From Rhabdothermincola salaria (GTDB lineage: Bacteria > Actinomycetota > Acidimicrobiia > Acidimicrobiales > Acidimicrobilacustridaceae): a DNA stretch of 64,000 nucleotides. Below the pieces are notes generated by a model that saw only the letters and a program-made list of their open reading frames with translations, did not search any database and was not told the DNA's origin. This document shows, piece after piece, positions 35,980-45,698 of this stretch. The stretch is from the NCBI RefSeq assembly GCF_021246445.1, contig NZ_JAJQXW010000001.1, positions 372,001 through 436,000 of the forward strand, in the 5' to 3' direction. Every line of letters starts with the position of its first letter. Position 1 is the first letter of the stretch. The position numbers and the translations under genes were made by a program.

Positions 35980-36027
35980 TTCTTGCATGGTTTCGGCGCA
36001 CCTGAGAGCGACGAAACCATGCAAGAA
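35980..36027. repeat. 48-nt palindromic REP-like element, copy 3 (inverted orientation)
   Basis: TTCTTGCATGGTTTCG...CGAAACCATGCAAGAA, perfect 16-bp stem, 16 nt after the mshC-like stop. Confidence 0.88.
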
Positions 36028-36144
36028 GCGCTCTGGGGTGTGGTTGACCGAGGAAAGCAACTTCGTGATTCCTGTCACCAGCCCTATCGCCGGGGCCGGG
36101 ACTGGGGCACAATCGCACGAAGTCGAGGTCGGGGGGGGTGGAGC

Positions 36145-36873
36145 ATGGGTCGAGAGGTCGGACAGCTCTACAAGCCGGCTCGTGCGGTGCTCGACCCGCT
36201 GTTCTCGTTCTTCTGGAACTGGGAGGTCGAGGGCCTCGAGCACGTGCCCGCCGATGGTGGCGCCATCGTCGCCCCCAACCACCTGTCGGTCTTCGACCAC
36301 TTCGCGGTGGCCGCCGCCCTGCCCCGGCGCATCACCTACGTGGGCAAGGCCGAGTACATGGACAGCTGGAAGACCCGCTACATCTTCCCTGCCCTCGGCA
36401 TGATCCCCATCGACCGGGGTGGCGGCAGCGCCGCCGAGCGAGCCCTCGACAAGGCGGCCGAGCTGCTCGACTCCGGTGAGCTGTTCGGCATCTATCCCGA
36501 GGGGACCCGCAGCCGCGACGGCCTGCTCCACAAGGGCCACACCGGGGCTGCCCGCCTGGCCATGCGCACCGGCTGCCCCATCATCCCCGTCGGGCTGCAG
36601 GGCACCCTCGAGGTCCAGCCTCCCGACTGCTCTCTGCCCAAGCCGTTCCGCACCCTGCGGGTCCGGGTGGGACGACCCGTCGACGTGACCCGCTACCTCG
36701 ACCGGGCCGACGATCGCATCGTGCTGCGCCAGATCACCGACGAGGTCATGTTCGAGATCCGCGAGCTCTCCGCCCAGCGCTACGTCGACACCTACGCCAC
36801 CAAGACCAGCGAAGAGCTGCCCACCGAGACGGCTCGCATCCCCGAGGCCGAGAGGGTGGCCGTCTCGGCCTGA
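36145..36873 (+). CDS. plsC: 1-acyl-sn-glycerol-3-phosphate acyltransferase family
   Basis: NHLSVFD, IPIDR, YPEGTRS motifs. Confidence 0.88.
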   Translation: MGREVGQLYKPARAVLDPLFSFFWNWEVEGLEHVPADGGAIVAPNHLSVFDHFAVAAALPRRITYVGKAEYMDSWKTRYIFPALGMIPIDRGGGSAAERALDKAAELLDSGELFGIYPEGTRSRDGLLHKGHTGAARLAMRTGCPIIPVGLQGTLEVQPPDCSLPKPFRTLRVRVGRPVDVTRYLDRADDRIVLRQITDEVMFEIRELSAQRYVDTYATKTSEELPTETARIPEAERVAVSA

Positions 36874-37007
36874 GGGCCTCGCCGCCTCGATCCGCGGCCG
36901 CGCCCCCGGGCGACCGGGCGGCCCCCACCCCGTGGGTCCGGCACTCACGCTGGCGGCGCCACCAACTCCTGCGGGAGGCCGGTGGCCGCAGCGTTACGCT
37001 CGCAGCC

Positions 37008-38957
37008 ATGGCCGACGTCCTCACCATCAACCTGCCCGACGGATCGACGCGAGAACTGCCGGCCGGCTCCACTGCGGGCGACGTCGCCGCCGCCATCGGG
37101 TCCCGGTTGGCCAAGGCCGCCGTCATCGCCGAGGTCAACGGCGTCGAGCGCGACCTCGTGTGGCCCCTCGACGACGGCGACACGGTCGCCATCGTCACCG
37201 ACACCAGCAGCCGCGGGCTGTACACGATCCGCCACTCCACGGCCCACGTGCTGGCCCAGGCGGTGCTCGACCTGTTCCCCGGGGCCACGTTCGCCATCGG
37301 GCCGCCCGTCGAGAACGGCTTCTACTACGACTTCGAGCTGCCCGACGGGGGCACCTTCACCCCCGACGACCTCGAGCGCATCGAGGCGCGCATGCGCGAG
37401 ATCATCGCCGAGCACCAGCCCTTCATCCGCGACGAGATCACCGAGGACGACGCCCTCGAGCTGTTCAAGGACCACAAGTACAAGGTCGAGATCATCAAGG
37501 GTGCCGCGGAGGACCCCATGTCGGCCACCGAGACGGGGCTGGTGCGCACCTACGAGAACCCGCCTCGGTTCATCGACCTGTGCCGTGGCCCCCACGTGCC
37601 CGACACCGGGCGACTGGGGCACTTCAAGCTCATGCGGGTGGCCGGCGCCTACTGGCGCGGCGACGAGAAGAACCCCATGCTGCAGCGCATCTACGGCACG
37701 GCGTGGCCGTCGAAGAAGGAGCTGGCCGCGCACCTCCAGCACCTCGAGGAGGCCGAGAAGCGCGACCACCGCAAGCTGGCGGTCGAGCTCGACCTGTTGA
37801 GCTTTCCCGAGGAGCTCGGCGGCGGACTGGCGGTGTGGCACCCCAAGGGCGCCGCGGTGCGCAAGCTGATGGAGGACTACAGCCGCGACCGCCACGAGCA
37901 GGGCGGCTACCAGTACGTGTACTCCCCGCACCTGGCCAAGTCGGTGCTGTGGGAGACCAGCGGGCACCTCGACTTCTACGCCGACGGCATGTACCCGCCC
38001 ATGGAGATGGACAACGGGTCGTACTACCCGAAGCCCATGAACTGCCCGTTCCACATGCTCATCTTCTCCAGCGACCAGCGCAGCTACCGGGAGCTGCCCA
38101 TGCGCCTGTTCGAGCTGGGCACGGTGTACCGCTACGAGCGATCCGGCACCCTGCACGGGCTCATGCGCATCCGGGGCTTCACCCAGGACGACAGCCACAT
38201 CTTCTGCACCCCCGACCAGGTGGTCGACGAGGTGTCGCGGGCGCTCGAGTTCGTGCTGTCGGTGCTGCGGGCCTTCGGCTTCCACGACTTCGAGGCCAAC
38301 CTCTCCACCCGTCCCGAAGAGAAGTGGGTCGGCACCGACGAGAAGTGGGAGATGGCCACCGACGCCCTGCGGACCGCCCTCGAGCGCGAGCAGCTGCCCT
38401 ACGAGATCGACGAGGGCGGCGGTGCGTTCTACGGCCCCAAGATCGACGTGAAGGTGCGCGACGCCATCGGTCGCAAGTGGCAGCTCTCCACCATCCAGGC
38501 CGACTTCAACCTGCCCGAGCGCTTCGGCCTCGAGTACGTGGGCCCCGACAACCAGCGCCACGAGCCGGTGGTGCTGCACCGGGCCCTGTTCGGGTCGGTC
38601 GAGCGCTTCTTCGGGGTGCTGCTCGAGCACTTCGCCGGCGCCTTCCCCGCGTGGCTGGCCCCGGTGCAGGTGCGGGTGCTGCCCGTCCGAGACGACCACG
38701 ACACCTACGCCCACCGCCTCGTCGACCGGCTCAAGGCCGAGGGCTTCCGGGCCGACTTCGTCGACGCCTCCGAACCGTTGGGCGGCCGCATCCGACGGGC
38801 CAAGCTCGAGAAGCTCCCCTACGTGCTGGTGGTCGGCGACGACGACGTGGAGCACGGCACCGTCGGGGTCAACCCCCGGGGCGGCGAGGTCGAGCGCGGG
38901 GTCACCTGCGACGACTTCATCCACCGCCTCTCGGTCGACGTCATGGCCCACCTCTGA
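37008..38957 (+). CDS. thrS: Threonine--tRNA ligase
   Basis: TGS domain, RHSTAH, DLCRGPH, KPMNCP, FYGPKID, HRALFGS. Confidence 0.98.
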   Translation: MADVLTINLPDGSTRELPAGSTAGDVAAAIGSRLAKAAVIAEVNGVERDLVWPLDDGDTVAIVTDTSSRGLYTIRHSTAHVLAQAVLDLFPGATFAIGPPVENGFYYDFELPDGGTFTPDDLERIEARMREIIAEHQPFIRDEITEDDALELFKDHKYKVEIIKGAAEDPMSATETGLVRTYENPPRFIDLCRGPHVPDTGRLGHFKLMRVAGAYWRGDEKNPMLQRIYGTAWPSKKELAAHLQHLEEAEKRDHRKLAVELDLLSFPEELGGGLAVWHPKGAAVRKLMEDYSRDRHEQGGYQYVYSPHLAKSVLWETSGHLDFYADGMYPPMEMDNGSYYPKPMNCPFHMLIFSSDQRSYRELPMRLFELGTVYRYERSGTLHGLMRIRGFTQDDSHIFCTPDQVVDEVSRALEFVLSVLRAFGFHDFEANLSTRPEEKWVGTDEKWEMATDALRTALEREQLPYEIDEGGGAFYGPKIDVKVRDAIGRKWQLSTIQADFNLPERFGLEYVGPDNQRHEPVVLHRALFGSVERFFGVLLEHFAGAFPAWLAPVQVRVLPVRDDHDTYAHRLVDRLKAEGFRADFVDASEPLGGRIRRAKLEKLPYVLVVGDDDVEHGTVGVNPRGGEVERGVTCDDFIHRLSVDVMAHL

Positions 38958-38964
38958 GCCGGCC

Positions 38965-39537
38965 GTGACCTCACCGACCGACCCGACCGAACCGACGACT
39001 GCGGCCGACGCGGCCGCCCCGGCCCCCGGCCTGGCGCACCTGTGGGCCGGCTGGCGGGCCAGCTACATCACCTCGGTGAGCGAACCCGACGACATGTCGC
39101 TGGCCCCCGATGCCACCGGCTCGCTGTTCGAGCGCATCCTGGCCCTCCCCGACGACGAAGGGTTCGTGGTGCACCGCGGCAGCCGGTGCTCGGTGCTGCT
39201 CAACGCCTACCCCTACACCAGCGGCCACGTCCTGGTCCTGCCCAACCGGGCGGTGCCCGACCTCGAGGACCTCGAACCGGACGAGCTGGCCGACCTGGCC
39301 CTGCTCACCCGCGACTCGGTCGTGGCCATCAAGGCGGCGTACCGCTGCGAAGGCGTCAACGTGGGCACCAACCTGGGCAGCGCCGGCGGGGCCGGGGTGC
39401 CCGACCACCTCCACACCCACGTGCTGCCCCGATGGTCGGGTGACACCAACTTCATGACCGCCGTGGCCCTCACCCGGGTGCTGCCCGAGCCGCTCGACGA
39501 GTCCTGGCGCCGCCTGCGCGCCGCCTGGCCGGGCTGA
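38965..39537 (+). CDS. HIT-family hydrolase (Ap4A phosphorylase-like)
   Basis: LNAYPYTSGH, HLHTHVLPRW; follows thrS as in other actinobacteria. Confidence 0.9.
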   Translation: MTSPTDPTEPTTAADAAAPAPGLAHLWAGWRASYITSVSEPDDMSLAPDATGSLFERILALPDDEGFVVHRGSRCSVLLNAYPYTSGHVLVLPNRAVPDLEDLEPDELADLALLTRDSVVAIKAAYRCEGVNVGTNLGSAGGAGVPDHLHTHVLPRWSGDTNFMTAVALTRVLPEPLDESWRRLRAAWPG

Positions 39538-39699
39538 ACCGGCGACCCCGGCCCCAACGCGCCGCCGACGCGTCGGGCCATCGCCCGCCAGGCGCTGGTG
39601 GTGGTGGCGTCGGGACCTTGGGCCCGAATGGAGGCGCCGATGTTCCCGAACCGGCCCGATCCGGTCGTCGACCTCGTCGCGGTGGGCGACACTCTCGCC

Positions 39700-40383
39700 A
39701 TGTCCTCCCGCGCCCACCGCGTCGCCGTGCTCGCCGTGGGCGTCGGGGCCGCGATCGCGTTGCTCGCCGCCGGGTGCGGGTCGTCGTCGGACGACGGCGC
39801 CTCGGCTCCGGGTCCGACTGTCGGGGCGAGCGACCTGGTCGGCGACGCTCCCGATCCCGCCGTCGAGGTGGGCGACCTCGTGCTCACCGACCACGCCACC
39901 GAGCCGGCCGGCGAGCCCTTCGCCGTGGCGGCGCCGGAGGGCCAGCTCCTGGTGGTCTACTTCGGCTACCTCTCGTGCCCCGACGTCTGCCCGCTCACCA
40001 TGGCCGACACCGCGGCCGGCCTGGCCGAGCTCTCACCCGACGAGCGTGAGCGGGTGGAGGTCGCGTTCGTCACCGTCGATCTGGCGCGCGACGACGGTCC
40101 GCGCATCGCCGACTACCTGTCCCACTTCTTCCCCGACTCGGGGACCCACGCTCTGCGCGCCGCCGACGATGGCGCCCTGTACAAGGTCACCTACCGGTTC
40201 AACGTCCAGTGGGAGATCGAGCCCCACGAGCCCGGCGACTTCTACGCCGTCGCCCACACCGGCGACACCTACGTCGTCGACGACCAGGGCCGCCTCGTGT
40301 GGCGCTGGCCCTACGGCACCGCCGGCCCCGAGATCGGTGCCGGCCTGCGCTCGTTGCTGGCGAGCACCTACCCGAGCACCTGA
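39700..40383 (+). CDS. SCO1/SenC family copper-binding lipoprotein
   Basis: Lipobox LAAGC, FGYLSCPDVCP, VTVDLARD, conserved His (VAHT). Confidence 0.9.
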   Translation: MSSRAHRVAVLAVGVGAAIALLAAGCGSSSDDGASAPGPTVGASDLVGDAPDPAVEVGDLVLTDHATEPAGEPFAVAAPEGQLLVVYFGYLSCPDVCPLTMADTAAGLAELSPDERERVEVAFVTVDLARDDGPRIADYLSHFFPDSGTHALRAADDGALYKVTYRFNVQWEIEPHEPGDFYAVAHTGDTYVVDDQGRLVWRWPYGTAGPEIGAGLRSLLASTYPST

Positions 40384-40502
40384 GCGCGGTGCCCATCACC
40401 CTGAGCTTCGCCCGCGGGTCCGAGGTCCGCGTCATCGCTCGGCACGGTGGGGGCGGGTCGGCTTGGAACATCGGTGACGGCGGGCGCTACGGTCGCCTCC
40501 TC

Positions 40503-41156
40503 ATGCCCGACGACGCCCCCGACGACACACCGCCGCCCGACGGCACCTCACCCGCCGACGAGACCACCGGTCGCGGGGACCTCCCCGACGTCGGCGATCC
40601 GGAGTCGACCGATCTCGATGCCGCCGGCGACGCCTCGGGGGATGCCACCCCGGCTGCGCTCGCCGACGCCGACATCCGCGACGCCCTGCCCGAGGACCTC
40701 GACGCCGCCGGCTACGTGGGCCCGTACCTGTTCCCGAACAACAACCGACGCCGCATCCCCGCCTACCTCTACTGGGGCATCGCCGCGGTCTGCGCCGTGG
40801 TGTGGTTCATCTACCGCGACGGCGACAACCCCGTGGTCAACGGCGGGTTCCTCGCCGCCGCCATCGGGCTGGTGCTCATCGGTGCCTACAGCTTCGTGTC
40901 GGGCTGGAACCTCGACGTCGACGAACGCGACGCCCTGGTGGTGGCCACCCGCCAGGTCGGCTTCCCGGTGGGCCACGCGTCGGCCCAGATGGGCTGGCGG
41001 GGGCTGCTCAGCCGACCCACCTGGCGCATCCTGCTCTACTCCGCCGAGGACCCGCCCGACAAGCGGGGCCTGGTCCTCGTCGACGGCCTCGACGCATCCG
41101 TGGTCGAGTGGTTCGTCGAGGACAATCCTGAGGACTGGACCGACCTGAGCATCTAG
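40503..41156 (+). CDS. Hypothetical membrane protein (acidic N-terminus, 2 TM)
   Basis: Strong GC3 codon bias, TACGGT -10 upstream, two hydrophobic helices. Confidence 0.7.
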   Translation: MPDDAPDDTPPPDGTSPADETTGRGDLPDVGDPESTDLDAAGDASGDATPAALADADIRDALPEDLDAAGYVGPYLFPNNNRRRIPAYLYWGIAAVCAVVWFIYRDGDNPVVNGGFLAAAIGLVLIGAYSFVSGWNLDVDERDALVVATRQVGFPVGHASAQMGWRGLLSRPTWRILLYSAEDPPDKRGLVLVDGLDASVVEWFVEDNPEDWTDLSI

Positions 41157-41263
41157 CGGCCGGCCGGCGGGTCGAGCCCCGGATCGCCGGCCGCTACGCC
41201 CGTCATCTCGCCGCGGCTGGTCAGCCGGGTTCGTCCGCTCCCGGATGTCGGCTGGTCGACCGC

Positions 41264-41770
41264 TCAGCGCCGTACGGCGTCGAGGGCCTTCTCGGCCGCG
41301 GTGAGGTTGTCGCGACCGGTGCGCACTGCGGCGCGCACCACGTCGAGCGCGCTCACCGGGCCGTGGCCGGCGGTGGTGGCCGAACGGTTCCAGCTCGACC
41401 CCTTGATGCGGTCGGCCTGGTCGGCCAACGCCGTGGCCTGTTCCTCGAGGTGCTCGAGGACCTGGTCGAGCGACTCGTCGGTGCTCGTCTCCCAGTGCCG
41501 CTCGGCGGCATCGACCACGCCGGGGTGCACCACCGGCTGCTCGCCGAGGTCGATCTGGCGCAGCGCCTCGGCCTGCACCGTCCAGGTGCGCACGGTGTCG
41601 GCCACGAGGTCGAGGGCGCAGTTGCCGTCGTCGTCGTAGCGCCGGGCCAGCTCTTCCACGCTCTCGTCGTCGGCGAGGGGCCGCAGCGCCTCGCGGTAGC
41701 GGCGCGGGTACGAGCGCAGGGCGGCGGTGGCGTCGGACGGGGACAACGTCGACAGGTCGTAGGAGCTCAT
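41264..41770 (-). CDS. DinB/YfiT-like four-helix bundle protein
   Basis: Helical pattern resembling the DinB superfamily, but metal-binding His residues are not evident; TAGGTT -10 7 nt upstream. Confidence 0.55.
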   Translation of the reverse strand: MSSYDLSTLSPSDATAALRSYPRRYREALRPLADDESVEELARRYDDDGNCALDLVADTVRTWTVQAEALRQIDLGEQPVVHPGVVDAAERHWETSTDESLDQVLEHLEEQATALADQADRIKGSSWNRSATTAGHGPVSALDVVRAAVRTGRDNLTAAEKALDAVRR

Positions 41771-41780
41771 GGGAGCGAAC

Positions 41781-43847
41781 CTACCCAGCGGCGCCGGTGT
41801 CGGCCGTCGAGACGGCCGCGGCCAGGTGGGCGGGCAGCACGTCGTAGTGGTCGTGCTCGGCGTGGAAGCGGCCCAGCCCGTGGGTGCGGGCCCGCAGGTC
41901 GACGGCGTAGCGGGTGAGCTCGGCGCCGGGGACCAGCGCGGTGATGACCGTCTCGTCCTCGCTCGCCAGGTCGGTGCCCTGGACCCGGGCCCGACGGGCG
42001 TTGAGGTCGCCCATCACGTCGCCCTGCGACGCGGTGGGCACGGTCACCTCCACCCGGGAGACCGGTTCGAGGATCACGGGTGAGGCGGCCGCCACCGCCT
42101 CGCGCACGGCCAGGCGGCCGGCGGCCTTGAAGCTCATCTCCGACGAGTCGACCGGATGGTGCTTGCCGTCGAGGCAGCGCACGACCACGTCGACCACCGG
42201 GAACCCGTGGGGCCCGCCTTCGGCGAGGGCCTCGCGCACCCCCTTCTCGACAGCCGGGATGAACTGGCGGGGGATCGCCCCGCCCACCACCTCGTCGACG
42301 AAGGTGATGCCCTCGCCCCGGGCGGCCGGGGCCACGGCCACCACGGCCACCCCGAACTGCCCGTGGCCTCCGCTCTGCTTCTTGTACTTGCCCTCGGCCC
42401 GGGCCTCGGCGGTGATGGTCTCGCGGTAGGCGATGCGCACGTCCGATGCGTCGACCTCCACCCCGAACTTGCGCCGCAGGCGGTCGAGGGCCACAGCCAG
42501 GTGCGTCTCACCCTGCCCCGCCAGCAGCGTCTGGTGCGTCTCGTCGTCGCGGCGGACCCGCAGCGACGGGTCGTCGGCCACCAGGCGGTGCAGGGCGGTG
42601 GCCAGCTTGTCCTCGTCGGCGCTGCTGCGTGCGGCCACGGCGATGGCGTGGACCGGCTCGGGCCATTCGGGGGCGGGCACGACGACGGGGGAGCCCTTGG
42701 GGGCGAGGGTGTCACCGGCGAGGGTCTCGACCTTGGGCACGGCGACCAGGTCGCCGGCGAGGGCCGACGACACCTCCACCCGGTCGCGACCCCGATGGGT
42801 GAACAGGCCGTGGAGACGGAGGTCGGCCCCGGTGCGGACGTCGACGAGGTGGGTGTCGGTGCTCACGGTGCCCGACAGGACCCGGAGAAGGCTGACCTGG
42901 CCCACGAAGGGGTCCGACGTGGCCCGCACCACCAGGGCGAGAGGGTCGGCGGTGGGGTCCGGGGGCACGGAGACGACGGTGTCGCCGGCGTGGACCTCCA
43001 CGGGCGGGCGATCGAGGGGTGAGGGGCCGATCTCGCAGAGCAGGTCGGCGAGGCGGTCGATGCCGATGACCGCGGTGGCCGACCCGCACACCACGGGGAA
43101 GACGGTGGCCTGGTCGACGCCGACCGCCAGAACCCGTTCGAGCTCCTCGAAGCTCGGGACGTCGCCGGCGAGGTAGCGCTCGAGCATGTCGTCGTCGCCG
43201 ACGACGATGCCCTCGACGAGGTTGTCGTGCACCTCGTGCTCCTCGTCGGCCATCTCGAGCGGCACCGGACCGGAGGTGTGCACGCCGTCGTCGTAGAGGA
43301 AGGCGGTGTCGGTGAGCAGGTCCGCGACGCCGTGGAAAGCCCCCTCGGCGCCGATGGGCAGCTCCAGGGGCGCCACCCCGGCGCCGAAGGCGTCGCGCAG
43401 CTCGGCGAGCACGCCGTCGAAGTCGGAGCGGTCGCGGTCGAGCTTGTTCACGAACACCATGCGCGGGAGGCCCATCGAGGCCGCCACCTTCCACAGGTGG
43501 CGGGTCTGGGGCTCCACCCCGTCGGCCGCGCTCACCACGAACACGGCCAGGTCGGCGGCCCCGAGCGCGGCGAGGGTCTCCGCCTCGAAGTCGGCGTAGC
43601 CGGGGGTGTCGAGCAGGTTGATCTTGTGGCCCTTCCACTCGAAGGGGGCGAGCGTGACCACCAGCGACATGTGCCGTGCCTGCTCCTCGGGCTCGGCGTC
43701 GCAGACGGTCGTACCCTCCTCGACCCGACCGGGGCGGGCGATCACGCCGGCCTCGGTGAGCAGGGCCTCGGCCAGGCTGGTCTTGCCCGCGCCGCTGTGG
43801 CCGACGAGGGCGACGTTGCGGATCTTCTCGGGGGCGAACGGCTGCAC
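41781..43847 (-). CDS. Elongation factor G-like protein (EF-G2)
   Basis: IRNVALVGHSGAGKT, DTPGY, NKLD, KKQSGGHGQF, VDSSEMSF; AAGGAGG SD before GTG 43847. Confidence 0.92.
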   Translation of the reverse strand: MQPFAPEKIRNVALVGHSGAGKTSLAEALLTEAGVIARPGRVEEGTTVCDAEPEEQARHMSLVVTLAPFEWKGHKINLLDTPGYADFEAETLAALGAADLAVFVVSAADGVEPQTRHLWKVAASMGLPRMVFVNKLDRDRSDFDGVLAELRDAFGAGVAPLELPIGAEGAFHGVADLLTDTAFLYDDGVHTSGPVPLEMADEEHEVHDNLVEGIVVGDDDMLERYLAGDVPSFEELERVLAVGVDQATVFPVVCGSATAVIGIDRLADLLCEIGPSPLDRPPVEVHAGDTVVSVPPDPTADPLALVVRATSDPFVGQVSLLRVLSGTVSTDTHLVDVRTGADLRLHGLFTHRGRDRVEVSSALAGDLVAVPKVETLAGDTLAPKGSPVVVPAPEWPEPVHAIAVAARSSADEDKLATALHRLVADDPSLRVRRDDETHQTLLAGQGETHLAVALDRLRRKFGVEVDASDVRIAYRETITAEARAEGKYKKQSGGHGQFGVAVVAVAPAARGEGITFVDEVVGGAIPRQFIPAVEKGVREALAEGGPHGFPVVDVVVRCLDGKHHPVDSSEMSFKAAGRLAVREAVAAASPVILEPVSRVEVTVPTASQGDVMGDLNARRARVQGTDLASEDETVITALVPGAELTRYAVDLRARTHGLGRFHAEHDHYDVLPAHLAAAVSTADTGAAG

Positions 43848-44016
43848 GAGGCCTCCTTGCCCGGGTGGCCGCGACGACCCGCGGGCGGTGGCGCCCGGGC
43901 GCACGCCCCGGAGCGTACTGGTGCGGTACGTCGGCGCGCCGAGGGGTGCTGGTAGCCTCCGGGGGTACATGAGGCGCGCCTCGCGCGCCGCCTCACGATC
44001 GCGAACTGGAGCAGCC

Positions 44017-44700
44017 ATGCTCGACGGACACTGGCGGACGAGCATCGAAAAGGGCCTCAGACCGGTCGGCCGCAACCTGCGTCGCACCGGGATCTCCGCC
44101 GACCACCTCACTGCGCTCGGCATGGTCATGGCGGCCGGGGCGGCGGTGGCCATCGCCACCGGCAACCTCCACGTCGGCCTGCTCCTGTTGGTGCTCACCG
44201 GGCTCCCCGACGCCCTCGACGGCGCCGTGGCCAAGGCCGCCGGCACCGCCGGACCGCGCGGCGCCTTCTTCGACAGCGTCGCCGACCGCATCTCCGACTC
44301 GCTCCTGCTCGTCGGTGTGGCCTGGTACCTCGCCACCACCGAGGGCGGCCTCATGCCGCTGCTGCCCATGGCCGTGCTGGCCGCCTCGCTCGTCATCAGC
44401 TACGAGCGGGCCAAGGCCGAGTCCCTCGGCTTCAACGCCAAGGGCGGGGTGATGGAACGGGCCGAGCGCATCGTCGTGCTGGGCCTCGGCCTGTTGTTCG
44501 AGGCCCTCTTGATCCCGGTGCTGTGGGTCATGCTCGCCCTCACCCTGCTCACCGCCGTGCAGCGCTTCGTCAAGGTCTGGCGACAGGCATCGCGTGAGCG
44601 TCCGCCGGTGCTCACCGCCCGCCGGGCCTCGCGCCGTCGAGCGGCCCGTTCGGCGTCCACCGAGTGGCGCCGCAACCTGCGCTCCCGTTCCCGCCGCTGA
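44017..44700 (+). CDS. pgsA: CDP-alcohol phosphatidyltransferase (phosphatidylinositol phosphate synthase)
   Basis: DALDGAVAK...GAFFDSVADR, SYERAKAE, ERAER; first gene of the PIM operon. Confidence 0.9.
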   Translation: MLDGHWRTSIEKGLRPVGRNLRRTGISADHLTALGMVMAAGAAVAIATGNLHVGLLLLVLTGLPDALDGAVAKAAGTAGPRGAFFDSVADRISDSLLLVGVAWYLATTEGGLMPLLPMAVLAASLVISYERAKAESLGFNAKGGVMERAERIVVLGLGLLFEALLIPVLWVMLALTLLTAVQRFVKVWRQASRERPPVLTARRASRRRAARSASTEWRRNLRSRSRR

Positions 44701-44705
44701 GGGCG

Positions 44706-45695
44706 ATGGGCCTCGACCCGGTCACCGCCGCCTACCGCGGCGCCGCCGCTTACTCCCGCGCCGTGCCGCTCCCCGTGGCCGGGCTCACTGCCCGGGTGCT
44801 GTCGCGCGCCGCGGCCACGGTGTCGCGTGAGCGGCGGATGCTGGTGGCCCGCCACCTGCGTCGAGCAGCGGGCCCCGACCTGCAGGGCCGCGCCCTCGAC
44901 CAGGCCGTCGACGCCACCTTCGACAGCTACGCCCGCTACTGGATCGAGTCGTTCCGGCTGCCGGGCACCTCGCCGGAGGTCCTCGACGCCGGCATGCACG
45001 TCACCGGCTACGAGCACGTCGACGCCGCCCTCGACCAGGGCGACGGCGTGATCCTGGCCCTGCCCCACCTCGGCGGATGGGAGTGGGCCGGGTTCTGGCT
45101 CACCCAGGTCAAGCAGGTGCGCGTCACCGTCGTGGTCGAGCCGGTCGAGCCGCCCGACCTCTTCGAGTTCTTCGCCGCCTTCCGGCGCCAGCTGGGCATG
45201 GAGATCGTGCCGCTCGGCCCCGGTGCCGGCACCGAGGTGATCCGCGCCCTGAAGGACAACCACGTGGTGGCCCTGCTGTGCGACCGCGACATCAACGGCG
45301 ACGGCATCGAGGTCGACTTCTTCGGCGAGCGCACCACCGTCCCGGCCGGACCGGCCGCGCTCGGGCTGCGCACCGGCGCCCCGGTGCTGCCCACCGCCGT
45401 CTACTTCGACGGCTCCCGCCACCACGGGCGGGTCGAGGCTCCGCTCGACACCACCCGGCAGGGCAAGCTGCGCGCCGACGTGCAGCGCGTCACCGACGAC
45501 CTCGTCGCCTGGCTCGAGACCCTCATCCGCGCCGCGCCCGAGCAGTGGCACCTCCAACAGCCCAACTGGCCGAGCGATTACGACGCGCTCGAGGCCATCG
45601 GCAAGGCGCACCCCCGGCCCCTCCACGGCCCGGCATCCGCCGCCGCGGCCGCCGAAGCCGCCGCCGCCCGGTCGGCTCCCGGCGGGGAGGGCTGA
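44706..45695 (+). CDS. Phosphatidylinositol mannoside acyltransferase (PatA-like)
   Basis: SYARYWIESFRLP, LPHLGGWE, CDRD, QWHLQQPNW; between pgsA and pimA. Confidence 0.88.
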   Translation: MGLDPVTAAYRGAAAYSRAVPLPVAGLTARVLSRAAATVSRERRMLVARHLRRAAGPDLQGRALDQAVDATFDSYARYWIESFRLPGTSPEVLDAGMHVTGYEHVDAALDQGDGVILALPHLGGWEWAGFWLTQVKQVRVTVVVEPVEPPDLFEFFAAFRRQLGMEIVPLGPGAGTEVIRALKDNHVVALLCDRDINGDGIEVDFFGERTTVPAGPAALGLRTGAPVLPTAVYFDGSRHHGRVEAPLDTTRQGKLRADVQRVTDDLVAWLETLIRAAPEQWHLQQPNWPSDYDALEAIGKAHPRPLHGPASAAAAAEAAAARSAPGGEG

Positions 45696-45698
45696 CGG

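Noticed and set aside
41781..43847. Divergent EF-G with altered switch I as a novelty
   Set aside because: It matches the known EF-G2 paralog family, seen beside pgsA in other actinobacteria.
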